Below, in pieces: positions 60,237 to 64,000 of a stretch of 64,000 nucleotides of DNA. The translations under genes were made by a program, and so were the position numbers. Each line of letters begins with the position of its first letter. The stretch's first letter is position 1. This DNA is from Trichormus sp. ATA11-4-KO1. GTDB lineage: Bacteria; Cyanobacteriota; Cyanobacteriia; Cyanobacteriales; Nostocaceae. The stretch covers positions 416,001 through 480,000 of the forward strand of contig JAHHIM010000036.1 in assembly GCA_019358915.1 (NCBI GenBank), in the 5' to 3' direction. Below the pieces are notes generated by a model. The model made no database searches, was not told the origin of the DNA, and saw nothing but the letters and a program-made list of their open reading frames with translations.

Positions 60237-61370
60237 ATGGTCAATAAACCCGCAAAATGGCCCCAAATTGTTACTTCAATTGCCATCATCTTAGCAGCAT
60301 TAGGTTTAACTTATGCCCCTATTCCTGGGTCAAAGCAAACAGTGATAGTTGTCAGTGGTACAGAACTCCAAGCACCTCTGCAAAATCTAGAGGCAAAATT
60401 TAGGCAAATAAACCCGCAGATTAAATTAGAGTTAAAGTTTCAAGGTTCCCAAGAATTGGTGAACAGATATATTAATAAAAGGGATGATTTTCAACCAGCA
60501 GTTTTCATTCCAGGAAATGGAGAAATTCTATCAGAATTAAGCGATCGCCTGCGTGCTATTCACAACAGTGAACCTTTTTATGACTCTCCCCAACCCATAG
60601 CCAAAACCATGTTAGTAGGTATTGCTTGGCCAGAACGGGGGAAAATCCTCTTCCCCAATAACCGCTTTCAATGGTCAAAAATTGAACAAGCTATGCAAGC
60701 AATGACTTGGGGAGAAATAGGTGGTTCTAGTGATTGGGGTAGCTTTGATTTTGTGATGACAGACCCCACCCGTTCTAATAGCGGTCAGTTGACGTTAGAT
60801 TTATGGATACAATCAAAATTAGGAGCAAGCATCAATAGCATAAGTTTCAAAAATTTATCTGTGCGATCGCTATTGAGTTTAATTAAAAAATCAGTTTATC
60901 AACCACCCCGTTCTACAGATATTCTCCTACAAGAATTTATTGTCAAAGGTGCAAACGAGGCTGATGTCGCTACAGTCTATGAAAGCATAGCCCTTTATCG
61001 TTGGCAACAATCAATTGCTAATCAAGGTCAACCTTACCAAATTTATTATTTAGATCCGTCAATGGAGACTACTGCCACAGCTGCAATTATCCGTCACAAT
61101 GTTGATGTTAATACAGCCAAAGCTGCCAGAGAGTTTCTCAATTTTCTCATCCAACCAGAACAACAAGCTGTATTCGTGCAGTATGGTTTTCGTCCAGTGA
61201 ATCATACTGTTGATTTGACAACTGTAACTAATAGCCCGTGGAAACAGAATATTCCCGGTGCCGAATTGCAGCCGAATATAAAAATATTACCACCTCCAAA
61301 TCCCCAGGCGATCGCAGAAATTCAGCGTTTGTGGGAAAGGGCAGACTGGGGAGTAGGGATTGGAGATTAG
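60237..61370 (+). CDS. Substrate-binding-domain protein (type II PBP), paralogue of the 58282 protein
   Basis: N-terminal anchor, QGS, PTRSNSG, VYES, FL...Q...YGFRP. Confidence 0.8.
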   Translation: MVNKPAKWPQIVTSIAIILAALGLTYAPIPGSKQTVIVVSGTELQAPLQNLEAKFRQINPQIKLELKFQGSQELVNRYINKRDDFQPAVFIPGNGEILSELSDRLRAIHNSEPFYDSPQPIAKTMLVGIAWPERGKILFPNNRFQWSKIEQAMQAMTWGEIGGSSDWGSFDFVMTDPTRSNSGQLTLDLWIQSKLGASINSISFKNLSVRSLLSLIKKSVYQPPRSTDILLQEFIVKGANEADVATVYESIALYRWQQSIANQGQPYQIYYLDPSMETTATAAIIRHNVDVNTAKAAREFLNFLIQPEQQAVFVQYGFRPVNHTVDLTTVTNSPWKQNIPGAELQPNIKILPPPNPQAIAEIQRLWERADWGVGIGD

Positions 61371-61372
61371 AA

Positions 61373-62569
61373 TTATTTGGCTAATATTTGTTGATAGGCG
61401 GAGATGATTTGACGGGCGATCGCATTCCAACTAAAGTTTTGTAAAGCATATTGTTGGGCATTTAATCCCCGTCGCTGTCGTTCTTGGGGATTTTGCAAAG
61501 CTTCTTGCAGTAATTCTACGAGTGCTTGCACTTTTGTTACACCTACCCAACCCGACTCACTATCACGCACCTGCTGCCAAATATGCACTTGGTCAGATAT
61601 GACTACAGGTATTCCTGCTACCATTGCTTCAGCGACAGCGATACCAAAGTTTTCATAGTATGAAGGCAAAACGAATAAATCAGCAGCTTGCAGTAAACTA
61701 GCCTTTAGTTCACCACTGACAAAGCCTGTAACTGTAGTGTGCGATCGCAGTGATGAATTTGCAATTTGGGATTTTATTTTTTGCTCATAATCTGGGTCTT
61801 GAGAATTTGTCCCAGCTAAAACAAAATGAAAATCGACTCCGACAGCTAGCAACTTCTCTAGTGCTGGAATCAACAGATTTAACCCCTTTTTCTGGTCAAT
61901 TCGCGACATAAACAGCACCAAAGGCACATCTTTTGGTATCCCCCACTGATTACGTGCTACACTCCCCCCATCTCCCACTCCCCCCATCTCCCCATCTTCT
62001 TCATGGGGAATCACACCCAAAGGAATTACCAAATCTTGCGTAGATACCCCAAAGCGTGCTGATATTTTCGCTTCTTGGTCACTAGTAAAATGAATTGCTG
62101 CTGCACCAGCTATATTACGCCGTTCCACAAGTCCAACATAAAGCTGTTTTAATTGCTTTTTCTTACGTAAATCCGCCGGGTCAAGAGTACCCAAAGGACG
62201 CAAAATATAAGGTAGCTTTTGCTGACGACACACAATTGCCGCCGCACTACTTACAGGGGAGAATAAAGCATGAATATGTGCTAGGTCAAACTCACAGGCA
62301 TGAATTCTTAGCCATTGTAATAAGTCAAGGGAAAACTTGTAGCGACGAAAAGGGGCGCAACGAAAATAAATTATTTCATAACCATCTTGTTTAACTGGAT
62401 TATTTAAAGGTACATCCAGGGGTTTTTGCCCACTATCACCATTACTATCAGTTGTGAGTATCGTAACCTCCACTTTCTCTTTTGCCAACGCAGCAGCCAG
62501 CCCCAAAACCATTTGACTAGGGCCACCATAAACTAGAGAAATTGAAGGAACAACTTGTAAAATTTTCAT
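61373..62569 (-). CDS. hpsP: GT4 glycosyltransferase, hormogonium polysaccharide HpsP-like
   Basis: VPSISLVYGGPSQMV, RPLGTLDP, PSYYENFGIAVAEAM; downstream of hpsO-like gene. Confidence 0.78.
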   Translation of the reverse strand: MKILQVVPSISLVYGGPSQMVLGLAAALAKEKVEVTILTTDSNGDSGQKPLDVPLNNPVKQDGYEIIYFRCAPFRRYKFSLDLLQWLRIHACEFDLAHIHALFSPVSSAAAIVCRQQKLPYILRPLGTLDPADLRKKKQLKQLYVGLVERRNIAGAAAIHFTSDQEAKISARFGVSTQDLVIPLGVIPHEEDGEMGGVGDGGSVARNQWGIPKDVPLVLFMSRIDQKKGLNLLIPALEKLLAVGVDFHFVLAGTNSQDPDYEQKIKSQIANSSLRSHTTVTGFVSGELKASLLQAADLFVLPSYYENFGIAVAEAMVAGIPVVISDQVHIWQQVRDSESGWVGVTKVQALVELLQEALQNPQERQRRGLNAQQYALQNFSWNAIARQIISAYQQILAK

Positions 62570-62583
62570 GATTTTGCAATCTT

Positions 62584-62634
62584 CTTTGCGCCTTTGCGTC
62601 TTTGCGCGAACTTTTTATATTATTCAGCAGCGCC
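62584..62634. repeat. Half copy of the CTTTGCG / ATTCAGCA(A/G)CGCC dispersed element
   Basis: ctttgcgcctttgcgtctttgcgcg...attcagcagcgcc; the complementary end ggcgttgctgaat occurs at 11480. Confidence 0.6.
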
Positions 62635-62644
62635 AAAATACTGA

Positions 62645-63817
62645 TTAACTATTAACCAATTCCTGATAAAATGCAAACTGCTGCTTTGCCAAAGCCTTGT
62701 TAGTATATTTAGTCATGGCTTTTTGATAACCCATTTCACCGAGACTGTGCGCCAAATCTGGTTCTTCAATTAATTGAAATAAGCAATTAGCTAACGCTTT
62801 CACATCACCTTCAGGAAAGACTAAACCAGCATCACCAATTACATGAGGAATTTCCCCAGAATTGGAGCCAATAACAGGAACTCGGCAAGCCATAGCTTCT
62901 ATTAAGACATGACCAAATTGTTCTTTCCAACCAACGGCAGTTAATGTTTTAAATTTGTAGGTAGTTTCTGATGGCAATACTAAAGTATTCATCAAATTGA
63001 TATAACTAGCAACTACATTATGGGGGACACTTTCTATAAAAATTACCCTTTCTTTAACGTTGTTTTCTGTAGCAATTTTAATTAATTCTTCCTGTAACTC
63101 ACCCCGTCCTAATAGCAATAACTTCCAAGGTTTATTTGGGATTGTGATTAATGCTTTTAACAAGGTCAATAAACCTTTTTCTGCAACAAAACGCCCCACA
63201 AATCCCACAACAAAATCTTCAGATGTAATACCTAACTTAGCCGCCAACTCTGGTTGGACTTGGGGAGTAAACAAGTTTTCGTCTACACCCAGTTGTGGCA
63301 TAACTTTAATTAGCCCTTGATATCCCCGTTGTTGTAGAACATTTGCCCCATCCTGATTACCAGAAATGATTCCGTGACTATGATTAAGGTTATATTTTTC
63401 TAATAAAGCAACCGGAAATTTTAGTTCATATGGCAGATTCCACCAAGTAAAAAATATATTTTTTGCCTTCAGTCCTAATAGCTGATTGAGGACAATCATC
63501 TGAGTATAAGCCAGTCCTCTAGACCCTTGTTCCACCTGGATAATTTGCGGGCGAAATTGTTGAAATAAAGATATTAAATCAGTGCCAAAAGTAAGTAACC
63601 CTTGATGATTTTGGCTAAAATTAGATACTGGAACTATTTTAAAATTGCCTTCATCACGGTATTGGGTTGCAATCACTTTGTTTTGTACACCGCCAGGTCT
63701 CCAGGTTTTAGGGACAACAACTGTAACTTCAATTCCTGGTTCTAGTTGAGCTAGAGCGCGTAATTTTTCACAGTTAAGGTCTACGATATAGGAATGACTG
63801 GCAACTAAGATTTTCAT
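62645..63817 (-). CDS. hpsO: GT4 glycosyltransferase, HpsO-like
   Basis: SHSYIVDLNCEKL, FFTWWN, GWKEQFGHVLIEAMAC. Confidence 0.78.
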   Translation of the reverse strand: MKILVASHSYIVDLNCEKLRALAQLEPGIEVTVVVPKTWRPGGVQNKVIATQYRDEGNFKIVPVSNFSQNHQGLLTFGTDLISLFQQFRPQIIQVEQGSRGLAYTQMIVLNQLLGLKAKNIFFTWWNLPYELKFPVALLEKYNLNHSHGIISGNQDGANVLQQRGYQGLIKVMPQLGVDENLFTPQVQPELAAKLGITSEDFVVGFVGRFVAEKGLLTLLKALITIPNKPWKLLLLGRGELQEELIKIATENNVKERVIFIESVPHNVVASYINLMNTLVLPSETTYKFKTLTAVGWKEQFGHVLIEAMACRVPVIGSNSGEIPHVIGDAGLVFPEGDVKALANCLFQLIEEPDLAHSLGEMGYQKAMTKYTNKALAKQQFAFYQELVNS

Positions 63818-63867
63818 GGGTATTAGGTAATTATTGATTTTCCTTACTAATGACCAATGACTAATAA

Positions 63868-63999
63868 CTAAACTTGTTGATCTAAACGAGTGTAGATTTG
63901 ACCATCATTCCAGATTGATTGGATGATAGTACCTAAAGCTTTAAAAAAACCCAAAGTGAAGAAAATACCACGAGTTGCAATTTTTAAAGGAGAACCGCT
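63868..63999 (-). CDS. 3' end of a gene running off the window, probably HpsN-like GT2
   Basis: Open frame SGSPLKIATRGIFFTLGFFKALGTIIQSIWNDGQIYTRLDQQV*, upstream of hpsO-like gene. Confidence 0.6.
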   Translation of the reverse strand, partial: SGSPLKIATRGIFFTLGFFKALGTIIQSIWNDGQIYTRLDQQV

Positions 64000-64000
64000 T

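Noticed and set aside
1..64000. Frequent GCGATCGC as a novel repeat
   Set aside because: It is the well-known cyanobacterial HIP1 octamer

Overview
64 kb of chromosome from a heterocyst-forming filamentous cyanobacterium (Nostocales). Support for this: abundant HIP1 octamer GCGATCGC, short tandem heptamer/octamer repeats, and hepA/hepC, hps and BDLP orthologues. In order: a Doc-family gene, purL-purF, Uma2, an AGE epimerase / choline-kinase-fold kinase / DOMON-like group, a rearranged toxin-antitoxin locus, cysH, and a ~20 kb minus-strand heterocyst envelope polysaccharide (HEP) island (rfbF to a Wzy-like gene). The island is headed by a vWA-PP2C-Ser/Thr kinase(TPR) TerY-P-type triad and a divergent PatA-family regulator. 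Then come an AI-2E transporter, ftsH, a WD40 protein, cysK, a three-gene dynamin-like operon whose second dynamin carries a C-terminal J-domain, two Uma2 genes, a 1-Cys peroxiredoxin, a two-binding-protein module lacking permease/ATPase, and the end of the hormogonium polysaccharide hpsNOP genes. No rRNA, tRNA, CRISPR array or transposase was seen. The best leads are the TerY-P-like triad under a DIF1-type heterocyst promoter, the dynamin-J-domain operon next to a perfect NtcA site, the toxin-swapped TA locus, and nested miniature mobile elements. All calls come from reading motifs and remembered families; no searches were run, so novelty is unproven.
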